NCBI RefSeq assembly: GCF_013365435.1
Contig: NZ_CP046577.1
Location: 930,001-962,000, forward strand
Direction of reading: 5' to 3'
From: Wolbachia endosymbiont of Litomosoides sigmodontis
GTDB lineage: Bacteria; Pseudomonadota; Alphaproteobacteria; Rickettsiales; Anaplasmataceae
Length of the DNA stretch: 32,000 bases
Each line of letters starts with the position of its first letter. Within the stretch, counting starts at the first letter, position 1. Made by a program: the position numbers and the translations under genes. The notes under the pieces were generated by a model, which searched no databases, was not told the origin of the DNA, and saw nothing but the letters and a program-made list of their open reading frames with translations. Shown in pieces: positions 17,378-27,522 of this stretch.

Positions 17378-18460
17378 CCAGTTCTCATCGTTAGTGGATC
17401 AGATAAGTGACATTGCAGAGTCGTTTAATTGCTAAGCGAGATAAATTTTGCGCAAAAGCACTCTCAAGCAAAGTAATTGTATTATAGATTTTATCGTACA
17501 AAATGTTCTATTTTATATAGAACCAAAGTCTCTCAATAAGATTGAGCTTCGGTGAATATGGTAGTAAGTATATAACCTCGATATTTTTAGGTACTTTTAA
17601 ATTTTTTGACCTATATCAATTAGCACAGTCCATGATAAGAAAGACTTCTCATGTTCTTAAATGTTGTAACATTTGTTCAAGAAATATATTCACAAGATCA
17701 ATGTTGACATTCTCAATGCAAATAAGCCAGGTCTTTCTCCATTTCTAAGACTAGCTGTGTACTATAGAGGTAAAAATTTTATCTACCTAATTTTACTTTA
17801 ACTGTGTTCTAACGCCCTTTTTAAACTGCCCATGTTCAACTTGCGAATGTGTGCAAGCTGTGATTCATCAAAATGAACAACCCTTATTCATGGTACTTAT
17901 CAATAATTTTATTAAGTTTTTTAAAAACTTTTCCTGTCTACTTTTATCTTATTCATAGTGAATTGGTCTTGACATAATATACAAAAACTCCATTTTTTGC
18001 ACATTACAGTGTGCCGTAGACTTATTGACATTCAAGCAAGATTTTTCTGAATTTTTATTCTCATTTCTTTAATAGTAATATTAAGGTTTTTCTATATTCA
18101 TACTTCAACTTATTCAAATTAACTCTGATTCAATCTAATTCATCTATGATGTTAAAGAAAAGTAAACAATTTTATCTCTCTTCTAAATTTTAGGTGCTTT
18201 GCCCATGCAGTTAGTGCTATTCTTAAAAATGAAACATATTTTTGCTATAGCTGTTATATTGTGCTTTTTACTGCAATTACAGCATCTAATTTTTTGTAGT
18301 ATATGTATTATTTTATGTTTTTCAGCATTGCTTTTAGACTCAACGACTTTTTTATCCAATAATTTTGATCTTAACACCATTTAAACCTTGCTATTTTACT
18401 TACTTCAGTATAGTTTCTTTCCCATTATTATCTATCCTTTGCCTATATAATGGGCATTAC
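17378..18460 (-). mobile_element. IS630-family insertion sequence, degenerate copy D
   Basis: Colinear with copy C and flanked by TA at 17376-17377 and 18461-18462. The interior is nearly identical to copy E: ORFs 17542-17748 and 19963-20151 differ at only 2 of their 62 shared residues. Confidence 0.85.
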
Positions 18461-18893
18461 TATAAGATAACAAATAACTCACATTGCTTGATTTCTTTTG
18501 CCTTTTTAAAAATTAGCTATACACTTAATTATCCTATCTTTTTATAAAAAAATTATTTAACAAATTTTTGCATTCTCCTTGATCGCAACATTACGAATAT
18601 TTACACTCACAAAGTCAGTTACTTATCAAGCGTATAAAACATTAATGCCAAGTTCTAAAAAGAAATATTGACCATGATTTCTTTTCCCCTTTTTCCTATT
18701 TGATAAGTTTATCAAACATTTACAACTAAAGCACTTTAAAAGTATCTAGGCATTTAAAATTTTTAAAAAACTAATTTGCTCTCTTTTTCGTTTAGTTTAA
18801 GTTATACAAAAAGTCTAATATAATGTTTCTTAAGGAGCTTACAGATAAATACTTCTTGTATTCTAGCTCGTGTTAGTTTATCCTTTAAATGAG

Positions 18894-18966
18894 GGGGGTA
18901 TAGCTCAGCTGGTAGAGCATCTGTTTTGCACGCAGAAGGTCAGCGGTTCAATCCCGCTTGCCTCCA
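18894..18966 (+). tRNA. tRNA-Ala (anticodon UGC)
   Basis: GGGGGTA-TA-GCTC-AGCTGGT-AGAGC-A-TCTGT-TTTGCAC-GCAGA-AGGTC-AGCGG-TTCAATC-CCGCT-TGCCTCC-A. It folds as a cloverleaf with the G3:U70 alanine identity pair and a TGC anticodon. CCA is not encoded. Confidence 0.95.
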
Positions 18967-19237
18967 CTTGGTTCGTTTAAGCTTTTCTCTACAGCAATTC
19001 ATATAATACAAAACCCGCTATAACAGTCTACTTCAACCACTTACATATATAGCCTTTTGGCTCTAATCATTTATTTAAAATTTCCTATTCTTTTCCATAA
19101 TTTATTATTTTCTAATATTCTTCAAAAAAGGTAGGTACTTTTTTACAATTCCGAGAAAAGTAAACAAGTAAATAAATGAGCTTGTTATGACATTAAAGAG
19201 GACTCACTTTCTATATGAACATAGTCTCGATCTAATA

Positions 19238-20312
19238 CCAATTTCAACCTTATAAGGAACGAATAGACAATAATAAAAAAGAAGCTATGCTGAAGTAAGC
19301 AAAACAGCAAGGTTTAAATGGCGTGAGATCAAAATTATTGGATAAAAAAGTCGTTGGGTCTAAAAGTAATTCTGAAAAAAACATAAAATAATACATATAC
19401 TACAAAAAATTAGATGCTGTAATTGCAGTAAAAAGCACAATATAACAGCTATAGTAAAAATATGTTTCATTTTTAAGAATAGCACTAACTGCATGGGCAA
19501 AGCACCTAAAATTTAGAAGAGAGATAAAATTGTTTACTTTTCTTTAACATCATAGATGAACTAGATTGAATCAGAGTTAATTTGAATAAGTTGAAGTATG
19601 AATATAGAAAAACCTTAATATTACTATTATGAGAATAAAAATTCAGAAAAATCTTGCTTGAATGTCAATAAGTCTACGGCACACTGTAATGTGCAAAAAA
19701 TGGAGTTTTTATATATTATGTCAAGACCAATTCACTATGAATAAGATAAAAATAGACAGGAAAAGTTTTTAAAAAACTTAATAAAATTATTGATAAGTAC
19801 CATGAATAAGGGTTATTCATTTTGATGAATCACAGCTTGCACACATTCGCAAGTTGAACATGGGCAGTTTAAAAAGGGCGTTAGAACACAGTTAAAGTAA
19901 AATTAGGTAGATAAAATTTTTACCTCTATAGTACACAGCTAGTCTTAGAAATGGAGAAAGACCTAGCTTATTTGCACTGAGAATGTCAACATTGATCTTG
20001 TGAATATATTTCTTGAACAAATGTTACAACATTTAAGAACATGAGAAGTCTTTCTTATCATGGACTGTGCTAGTTGATATAGGTCAAAAAATTTAAAAGT
20101 ACCCAAAAATATCGAGGTTATATACTTATTACCATATTCACCGAAGCTCAATCTTATTGAGAGACTTTAGTTGTATATAAAACAGAACATTTTGCACAAT
20201 AAAGTTTATAATACAATTGCTTTGCTTGAGAGTGCTTTACACAAATTTATCTCACTACACAATTAAACGACTCCGCAATGTCACTTATTTAACCCACTAA
20301 CAATGAAATCGT
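19238..20312 (+). mobile_element. IS630-family insertion sequence, degenerate copy E
   Basis: Colinear with copy A and flanked by TA at 19236-19237 and 20313-20314. It is a near-identical inverted partner of copy D. Confidence 0.85.
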
Positions 20313-20330
20313 TATCCCTTCAGAGGGCTT

Positions 20331-20373
20331 TTTCCCCATTATTATCTATCCGTTCCTTATGCAATGGAATTAG
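20331..20373 (-). mobile_element. Solo IS630-family left-terminus fragment (~43 bp), inverted, next to the right end of copy E
   Basis: TTTCCCCATTATTATCTATCCGTTCCTTATGCAATGGAATTAG followed by TA. It matches the terminal ~45 bp of copy D (18416-18460). Confidence 0.6.
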
Positions 20374-20434
20374 TATAAGATGACAGAGTTGTAAAAATAA
20401 GTTATTTCTTTATTTTTCAGTAAAAAGGCAGCCT

Positions 20435-21115
20435 ATGGGCATTAAAATTGCACCTTCCATACTTTCAGCAAATTTTGCAAAATTAGGAGAAGAAGTAAAA
20501 AGAATTAACAACTTAGGTGCAGATTACATACACATAGACGTTATGGATGGAAATTTTGTCCCAAATATTACAATTGGTCCAGACGTTATCTCTGCAATAC
20601 GTAAATATACTAATCTTCTTTTTGATGTACACTTAATGATCAAGTCTCCTGGTGACCATATTGAAAGCTTTATAAATGCTGGTGCTAATATCATTACTAT
20701 ACATGTAGAAGCAGAAGTACATCTTGAAAGGCTAATAAGAAAGATAAAGTCATATAAAAATGTAAACGATGCGAAAAAAAAGGTTCAAGTTGGAGTATCA
20801 ATTGTTCCTTCAACTCCCCCAGGTGTGCTTGAGTATATCATACACGAGTTGGATATTGTATTAATTATGACAGTCAGTCCTGGATTTGGAGGACAGGAGT
20901 TTATTTATTCACAACTGAGCAAAATATCTATTGTGAAAAAAATGATACAAGAGCGCGGTCTTAAGACGCAAATTTCAGTAGATGGTGGAGTGAATCTTTC
21001 AAATGCTGCTGATATAATAAAAGCAGGTGCAGATATTTTAGTTGCTGGATCAGCAATATTTAGAGCTAAGAATATGAAGAAAGCTGTAAATGACCTTAAA
21101 AACCTATCATTGTAA
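20435..21115 (+). CDS. rpe: Ribulose-phosphate 3-epimerase
   Basis: 226 aa with 'IAPSILSANF', 'HIDVMDGNFVPNITIG', 'DVHLMI' and 'VDGGV' motifs. Confidence 0.95.
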   Translation: MGIKIAPSILSANFAKLGEEVKRINNLGADYIHIDVMDGNFVPNITIGPDVISAIRKYTNLLFDVHLMIKSPGDHIESFINAGANIITIHVEAEVHLERLIRKIKSYKNVNDAKKKVQVGVSIVPSTPPGVLEYIIHELDIVLIMTVSPGFGGQEFIYSQLSKISIVKKMIQERGLKTQISVDGGVNLSNAADIIKAGADILVAGSAIFRAKNMKKAVNDLKNLSL

Positions 21116-21312
21116 TCTTATAGTCCAACACAAAACACTTCTATCATTCTATCAGTAAAAAAATTCTGGATGTGTGAGTGTTATCTACTCTCCTCTCGAG
21201 GGGTGAGGTCAATCTCAGTGAATCAAGCCAAAAACGTCCTTAAAGTTGTGGATAATATATATTTCTAATTACCCTTAGCTCATCTTATAAACTAAAAGAA
21301 AAGAAATTGAAT

Positions 21313-21753
21313 ATGATAGAGTAAACAACATCTGATCAACTTATTAATTATAACTACGCTATAAAATTCATGAAAAAAAATTAACAAATTCACAATAACT
21401 CATCTGATGAATTAGTATGGCTACTTCAGCACCCTCCACTATACACAGCAAGAAATTAGTATAACAGATGATAAAGTTGTTAAAAAATCCATTTCCTATA
21501 CATAAAACATGTATGGGGTAGTAAACACTACATCATGAGCCAGAACACCGTATTATATATCCAATGCCCTAAATCTTTTAAAAAAGAAATATGATATAAA
21601 ACTGTATATTAGAGACCTTGGTAATTGAATAATAAATGTTATAAAGCACTTTAATATATTTTAAGAATTCAAAAAAGATAAAGTAACGTTTAGATGGATA
21701 ACAACAGAGTAGAAGAAAAAATAGTAGCTTTTAGCACTCGTTTAAGAAAATAG
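21313..21753 (+). pseudogene. lipB: Octanoyltransferase (lipoate-protein ligase B) pseudogene, 5' part
   Basis: A single frame reads '..QLINYNYAIKFMKKN*QIHNNSSDELVWLLQHPPLYTARN*..GSKHYIMSQNTVLYI..NNRVEEKIVAFSTRLRK*'. This matches the LipB signatures (..WLLEHPPVYT.G.., ..GG..TYHGPGQ.V.Y.., ..EKIAA.G.R.R.W) but carries more than 10 in-frame stops. Confidence 0.8.
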
Positions 21754-21763
21754 ATAATTTATA

Positions 21764-22843
21764 CCAATTTCCACTGCATAGGAAATGGATAAACAGTAAT
21801 GAAGAAAGAAGCCTTACTAAAGCAAGTAAAATAGCAAGGTTTAAATGGCGTTTAAATCAAAGATTATCTGGTGAAAAAGTCGTTGAGTCAACAAAAAAAA
21901 TGCTGAAGAAAGTACGAAATAATATATATGTCATAAAAAAACTAGATGCTGTAATTGCAGTAAAAAAGCACAGTATAACAACCTTAGTAAAAATATATTG
22001 CATTTTAAAGACATGCATTAACTGCATAAACAAAGCACCTAAAATTTAAGAGAGAAGAAAAATTATTCACTCCACATTAATGTTCTAGAAAAATTAAATT
22101 GAATCAGAGCTAACTTGAACGGATTGAAGTACGGATACAAGAAAACCTAAGACTACCATTAAAGAAATGAGAATAAAAATTTAACTTGAATGTCAATAAA
22201 TCTATAGTACACCGTAATATGCAAAAATAAAGTTTTTGCATACTATACCAAGACCAATTTATAATAAACAAGATAAAGATAGGTAGAAAGAGTTTAAAAA
22301 CTTAATAAAAGTATTAATAAGTACAGTGAATAAGAGTTATCTTTGTTTGACAAATCAAGATTCGGCAGACATTTAAAAATTGAACATGGGCAGTTTAAAA
22401 AGGACGTAAAATACATGATAAAGTAAAATTAGATAGATAAAACTTTTATCCCTACAGTGCAGTTAATCCTAGAAATGAAGATGGTCATAACTCATTTGCA
22501 CTGAATGTCAATATTGACCATATGGATATACTTCTTGAACAAATGTTGCAACATTTAAAAACATGAAAAGCCTTTCTTGTCATGTACTGTGCTAGTTGGC
22601 ATAAGTCAAAAAATTTAAAGGCACTTAAAAATATCAAGATTATATACCTACACCATATTCACCAGAGCTCAATCCTATGAGAAATTTTAGTTGTATATAA
22701 AACAGAACATTTTAGACAATAAAGTCTATAATACAATTGCTTTGCGTAAGAGTGCTTTATGCAAATTTATTATTTCCTCTCTCACTCTGCAGTTAAACAA
22801 CTCTGCAATGTTACTTATTTGACCCATTAACAATGAAAATTAG
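21764..22843 (+). mobile_element. IS630-family insertion sequence, degenerate copy F, inserted in lipB
   Basis: Colinear with copies A and E. TA lies at 21762-21763 and 22844-22845. lipB-like sequence is present on both sides. Confidence 0.85.
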
Positions 22844-22845
22844 TA

Positions 22846-23013
22846 TTATTAACCATTCTTAAATAAGAGAACGATAAATTGCTAATATTTTAGCCTTTTT
22901 TATCTTTAATTCATCATAGTTGGCAATGTCATAAAGTCAGAAGGAAGTTGAAAAATTTAGGTTGAGTAAGTAAAATTCAAGAAAGCTATAATTTCAAAGA
23001 GAAAATTTGGTGA
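22846..23013 (+). pseudogene. lipB: lipB pseudogene, 3' part
   Basis: The frames read '..IINHS*..', '..IIVGNVIK..' and '..HKVRRKLKNLG*VSKIQESYNFKEKIW*'. These resemble the LipB C-terminus (..I.PCGI...VTSL..LG......F..IF) with frameshifts and stops. The match was made by eye only. Confidence 0.5.
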
Positions 23014-23227
23014 GGTAAAAGTCATGATAAAAAAAAATTTATTGACTTAATTCAACTTTATCCCATATAATTAACTTATTTTATTATTAATTCTCAGCTA
23101 GGTACATACTTTTATATAAGTTAAAGGTTAGTAAAACGATAGCTAATCTTGTTCAACTAACAAGCAAGAATGAGAGGAGTTCGTTTTAGTACTGTTTGGA
23201 ATATTTTCATCTATATAAGTAAAGTTA

Positions 23228-23935
23228 ATGTCCTTTTTAATAGTAGCAAATTGGAAGATGAATGGAACACGTTCCTCATTCGTTAACTTTATAGATAAAC
23301 TCAACAACAAGAGCAATGAAATTACTTCTAAGCTCGTGATTTGCCCACCTTTTACATTACTTTTAAGTAATATAGAGCTAAATAATAATATTAATATAGG
23401 AGCACAGAATTGCCATCATAAAAAATCTGGTTCTTATACAGGTGAAATTAGTGCAGAGATGCTAAAAGAGTTAGGATGTACTTACGTAATACTCGGGCAT
23501 TCTGAAAGAATGCATGAAACAAATGGTGAAATAAAGCTTAAATCAGAAACAGCAATAGAATTTGGCTTACACCCAATTATTTGTGTAGGTGAAAATTCAG
23601 AAGACCATGAGAGTAGTAAAATAAAGGAAGCAATAGAGTACCAATGTAAAAATCGCTTGCCAATACATGGTGAATATACCGTAGCATATGAACCAATATG
23701 GGCAATAGGTACAGGACATGTACCAAGCAATAATGCAATTGCTGAGATAATAGAAGTAATACAATCCTATACTAGTAAAAAGCACGTTATATATGGCGGC
23801 TCAGTCAATTCAGAAAATATAGAAAATTTATTGAACATCTTAAGTTTGTCAGGAGTTTTAATTGGCAGTGCAAGCTTAGATTTTAATTACTTTTATAAAA
23901 TAGTACAGCAAGTTGAAAAAGTCTATCAATTCTAA
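23228..23935 (+). CDS. tpiA: Triosephosphate isomerase
   Basis: 235 aa with 'ANWKMNG', 'ILGHSER' and '[11 protein letters not shown]' motifs. Confidence 0.95.
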   Translation: MSFLIVANWKMNGTRSSFVNFIDKLNNKSNEITSKLVICPPFTLLLSNIELNNNINIGAQNCHHKKSGSYTGEISAEMLKELGCTYVILGHSERMHETNGEIKLKSETAIEFGLHPIICVGENSEDHESSKIKEAIEYQCKNRLPIHGEYTVAYEPIWAIGTGHVPSNNAIAEIIEVIQSYTSKKHVIYGGSVNSENIENLLNILSLSGVLIGSASLDFNYFYKIVQQVEKVYQF

Positions 23936-23956
23936 AATTAATAATTAAAGAATCCT

Positions 23957-25264
23957 GTGATAGATATATATATTAACAGACTTAAGAAATACAAAATAGC
24001 AGCATTAATAGTTGCAGCGGGAGTAGGAAGCCGATGTAGTAATACAATTCCTAAGCAATACATAACACTAGCAGGTAAACCTGTTTTATCATATGCAGTC
24101 AAAAAACTTTTAACTAGCCAATATATAAATCACGTGAGAGTTGTAATTAACAAAAATCATAAAGATCTTTATAGGGGAATGATAGATTCTCTACACAACT
24201 ATCACTTAAGTGAAGTAGTACACCCATTCCAATATGCAACACTAGAATCTAGAAAAAAAGAAGAATGGATTCCAGTCTCAAATACTAGAATGACAGGAAG
24301 TATAAATACTAAATTACTAAATCCAGTATATGGAGGAGAAAGTAGGAAAAGCTCAGTTAAGCTAGGACTCGAAAGCTTGCAAAAAATCAACCCAGATTTC
24401 GTAATTATACACGATGCTTGTAGGCCTTTTGTATCAAATACTCTGATAGATAACTTAGCTCGATCTATGATTAATAACCAATATACAGGAGTAGTGCCAG
24501 CAATAGAAGCGGAAGATACTATATCAGTAATAAATGATGATTTCATTGAATCCACAATTTCAAGAGAAAGACTTAGAGCCATACAAACTCCTCAAATTTT
24601 CAATTTCAAAGAATTATTATTATACCATCAATTAAATAAAGAATTTACTGATGATTCATCACTAATGGTAGAACACAAAAAACGTATTATAATTATTAAA
24701 GGTGAGAAAAGCAATTTCAAGTTAACCACAAAAGAGGATATTAATATGGCAAAGTCTCTTCTTGAAGAACAAAAATATCGTATTGGAATTGGTTATGACA
24801 TACATAAGTTTATTAAAGCTCAAGATAGGGCTAAGAGTTTTATAAAGATCTGTGGCGTAAAAATCAAGCATGACATGGAAATAGAAGCACATTCTGATGG
24901 TGATGTTGCAATGCATGCAGTTGTTGATGCAATACTGGGGGCGCTTGGATATGGCGACATAGGAACATATTTCCCTTCGAATTCCCCTGAATGGAGAGAT
25001 TGCAATTCATCTTACTTTCTTGATTTTGCTACCAAGAAAGCAAAAGAAAAAGGATACAGTATATCCAACCTAGATATCACTATAGTTTGCGAAGATCCTA
25101 AAATATCGCCCTACAAGATGGCAATGAAGAAATTCATATCAGAAATATTAGAGATTGATAGTGAATTTGTAAATGTCAAAGCGACTACTGCAGAAAAATT
25201 AGGTTCTATTGGAAGAAACGAAGGAATAGCAGCACATGTTTCCGTGCTATTACATAAAATATAG
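23957..25264 (+). CDS. ispDF: Bifunctional IspD/IspF (MEP cytidylyltransferase / MEcPP synthase)
   Basis: 435 aa with a GTG start. The IspD part has 'AALIVAAGVGSRC' and 'IHDACRPF'. The IspF part has 'IGIGYDIHKF' and 'EAHSDGDVAMHAVVDAILGALG'. It contains one in-frame palindromic element. Confidence 0.93.
   Translation: MIDIYINRLKKYKIAALIVAAGVGSRCSNTIPKQYITLAGKPVLSYAVKKLLTSQYINHVRVVINKNHKDLYRGMIDSLHNYHLSEVVHPFQYATLESRKKEEWIPVSNTRMTGSINTKLLNPVYGGESRKSSVKLGLESLQKINPDFVIIHDACRPFVSNTLIDNLARSMINNQYTGVVPAIEAEDTISVINDDFIESTISRERLRAIQTPQIFNFKELLLYHQLNKEFTDDSSLMVEHKKRIIIIKGEKSNFKLTTKEDINMAKSLLEEQKYRIGIGYDIHKFIKAQDRAKSFIKICGVKIKHDMEIEAHSDGDVAMHAVVDAILGALGYGDIGTYFPSNSPEWRDCNSSYFLDFATKKAKEKGYSISNLDITIVCEDPKISPYKMAMKKFISEILEIDSEFVNVKATTAEKLGSIGRNEGIAAHVSVLLHKI
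24223..24295 (+). repeat. ~73-bp palindromic element inserted in frame in the IspD domain
   Basis: The right half AAAGAAGAATGGATTCCAGTCTCAAATACTAGAATGACA is homologous to 14651-14689 and 16647-16685. The left arm CCATTCCAATATGCAACACTAGA is partly complementary (~16/23). It encodes 'FQYATLESRKKEEWIPVSNTRMTG'. Confidence 0.7.
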
Positions 25265-25283
25265 CTACGCTACACAATTAATA

Positions 25284-26288
25284 CTAATTTTTATTGTTAA
25301 TGGGCAAATAAGTGACATTGCAGAGTGAGAAAGAGAAAGTAGTAAACCTGCGGCAAAGAGCTCTCAAGCAAAGCAATTATATTATAGGCTCTACTATACG
25401 AAATGTTCTGTTTTATATGTAACCAAGTCTCTTAATAGGATTGAGCTCAGATGAATATGGAGATAAGTACATAATCTCTATACTTTTAGGTACCTTAAAT
25501 TTTTTGACTTATGCTAACTAATACAATCAAAAATAAGAAAGTCTTCTTGTGTTTTTAAATATTGTGATCTTTGTTCAAGAAATATATTCATATAATCAAC
25601 GTTAACATTTAGCGCAATAAGCTAGAACTCCCTCCATTTCTAGAATTGACTACATTGTAGAGATAAAAATTTCTATCCACCTAATTTTACTTCAACTTGT
25701 GTTCTAACGTCCTTTTTAAACTACCAGTGTCCAAATCTTGAATGTGTAACAACAAACTGCAATTCATCAAAGATGAATAACTCTTATTTAAGATACTTAC
25801 TAATAATCTCATTAAGTTCCTTTAAGATCTTTCTGTCTACCTTATCTTGTTATCATAAATCAGCTTTGTATAATATATGAAAACTTCACTTTTTGCATAT
25901 TATGGTTTCCTTGTATCCATACTTTAACTTGTCCAAATTGACTCTAATTTAGAGAATTTCTTTATGAAATTGAAAGAAATAAACAATTTCTCTATCTTTT
26001 CTAAACTTTAGATACTTTATCCATGCAGTTAGTGCATATTCTTGAATATGTAACATATTTTTTTGCTACAGCTGTTATACTGTACTTTTTTACTGCAATT
26101 ACAGCATCTAGTTTTTTTTGCAACATATGTATCATTTTGCACTTCTTTAGCATTTCTTTTACTGATTTCACGACTTTTTCATCCAATAATTTTCACTTTA
26201 AAACGCCATTTAAATCTTGCTATCTTGCTTGCTTTAGATAGTTTCTTTTTCACTACTGTTTATCTGTTCCTTATACAGTAGGAATTGG
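25284..26288 (-). mobile_element. IS630-family insertion sequence, degenerate copy G (with internal deletions)
   Basis: Colinear with copies C and D. TA lies at 25282-25283 and 26289-26290. The element starts 20 bp after the ispDF stop codon. Confidence 0.85.
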
Positions 26289-26292
26289 TATT

Positions 26293-26958
26293 GCAAGCAG
26301 TTACGATTATACTACAGAAGTTAGAACAAGCACTGTAAAACCTACACAACTGAATCAAAAATAGCTAAAACAACTTCCACTTCACAAGCAACTACAGCTA
26401 ATATAACGTCAACTAACGTACCAACAGTAACTTCGAATGTTAATACAAAGTGCTGAAAAGTTTGCAACAATGAAATCCACAACAGTAGCTATTACCTCAC
26501 AAACAACAGCAACTGAATAAGTAATAACGTCAACTCATGTTCTAGATAACAAATTCAGAGGAAACTACATAAACAATATTTACTATATCAAGTGCTAGAG
26601 GAATATAAAGAATCAATAACTCCTATATCTACCACAACTTTATTTCCTCAATTACCTATTCTGCACAATTAGCTCAACGCGCTATAGCAGGTAAACTTAA
26701 CGAAGCAAGAATAATAGCTGGATCTATATTTGAGAGCAATTAGGTTTTATTGGAATAATAAGAGGATTTATAGTATATAAATACGTAAAAAAATACCGCC
26801 ATCATAATGACATCTATGTATTAGAATTAGTTGATTTAAATCATAAAAGTCAATCATATTCAAATAGTAATAAAGGAATTTTTTATCAACGTAATAGCAG
26901 AATAAGCAGTCCTGAAATAGTGCCAGACAGTATACCAGTAAAAAACAGAGCAAATTAA
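26293..26958 (+). pseudogene. Remnant of a Thr/Ser-rich repeat protein with a C-terminal transmembrane segment and basic tail; 5' end cut by IS copy G
   Basis: The reading must hop frames. Segments are 'TTEVRTSTVKPTQ', 'AKTTSTSQATTANITSTNVPTVTSNVNT', 'KSTTVAITSQTTATE', 'VITSTHV', 'SITPISTTTLFPQLPI' and 'AQRAIAGKLNEARIIAGSIF'. An open 72-codon frame then follows (26743-26958): 'GFIGIIRGFIVYKYVKKYRHHND...PVKNRAN*'. A degenerate repeat of ~115 bp is seen between 26385 and 26500. There are at least 6 stops or frameshifts. Confidence 0.4.
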
Positions 26959-27129
26959 GTAATCCAGCCTGGAAGAAGTAGAAGTTTAGCCTTAGAAAGA
27001 TTAACTTGTGATAGTAAGGAATGTATCAAGACATTATCCCTAACTATTGCCTGATGTTTAATAGCATACCATTGACTCACAGGGAAATTATTTTACTTTT
27101 ATGATTTTCGCGTTAAAATATAATTTCTA

Positions 27130-27469
27130 GGTGAAATAAGTAGCTGCTGTTGTGCGATAAACACAACAGAGGAAAGTCCGGGCTCCAAGGGAAAATAGTG
27201 ACGGGTAATACCCGCCGGAGGTAACTCCAGTTATAGGGCTACAGAAAATTACCGCCTAAATATCTTTAGGTAAGGGTGAAAAGGTGTGGTAAGAGCACAC
27301 CATAGCAATGGTAACATTGGTAGTCGAGTAACCAACATTAGGAGCAAGATTAAATTAAGGGTAGACTTTATGTTTTCCTCATATCTACTCGGGTAAATCG
27401 CATGCAGTAAATGGTAACATTTACTTCAGATAAATAGCTACATAAACAGAACTCGGCTTATATTTCACC
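27130..27469 (+). ncRNA. rnpB: RNase P RNA (bacterial type A)
   Basis: Conserved blocks are GAGGAAAGTCCGGGCTCC, AGGGTGAAAAGGTGTGGTAAGAGCACACC and ACAGAACTCGGCTTAT. The 5' GGTGAAATA pairs with the 3' TATTTCACC to form P1. Confidence 0.93.
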
Positions 27470-27522
27470 TAGACATTCACATGAACATAGGTCCGCTATA
27501 CTTTAAAATATATAAAAGCATT

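Noticed and set aside
21181-21215. A GC-richer patch 'CTCCTCTCGAGGGGTGAGG' after rpe, considered as a rho-independent terminator.
   Set aside because: The stem is only ~4 bp around TCGA with mismatches and no following T-tract. It is not convincing.
1800-26288. Whether the many dispersed repeats could represent a CRISPR array or a tandem-repeat locus.
   Set aside because: The repeats are ~1.1 kb, dispersed in both orientations, bounded by TIRs and TA, and encode transposase remnants. No short direct repeats with unique spacers exist anywhere in the window.
26768-26953. 61-aa minus-strand ORF between IS copy G and rnpB.
   Set aside because: It is antisense to a longer open plus-strand frame (26743-26958) that continues the Thr-rich pseudogene. 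Its composition is typical of a shadow frame.
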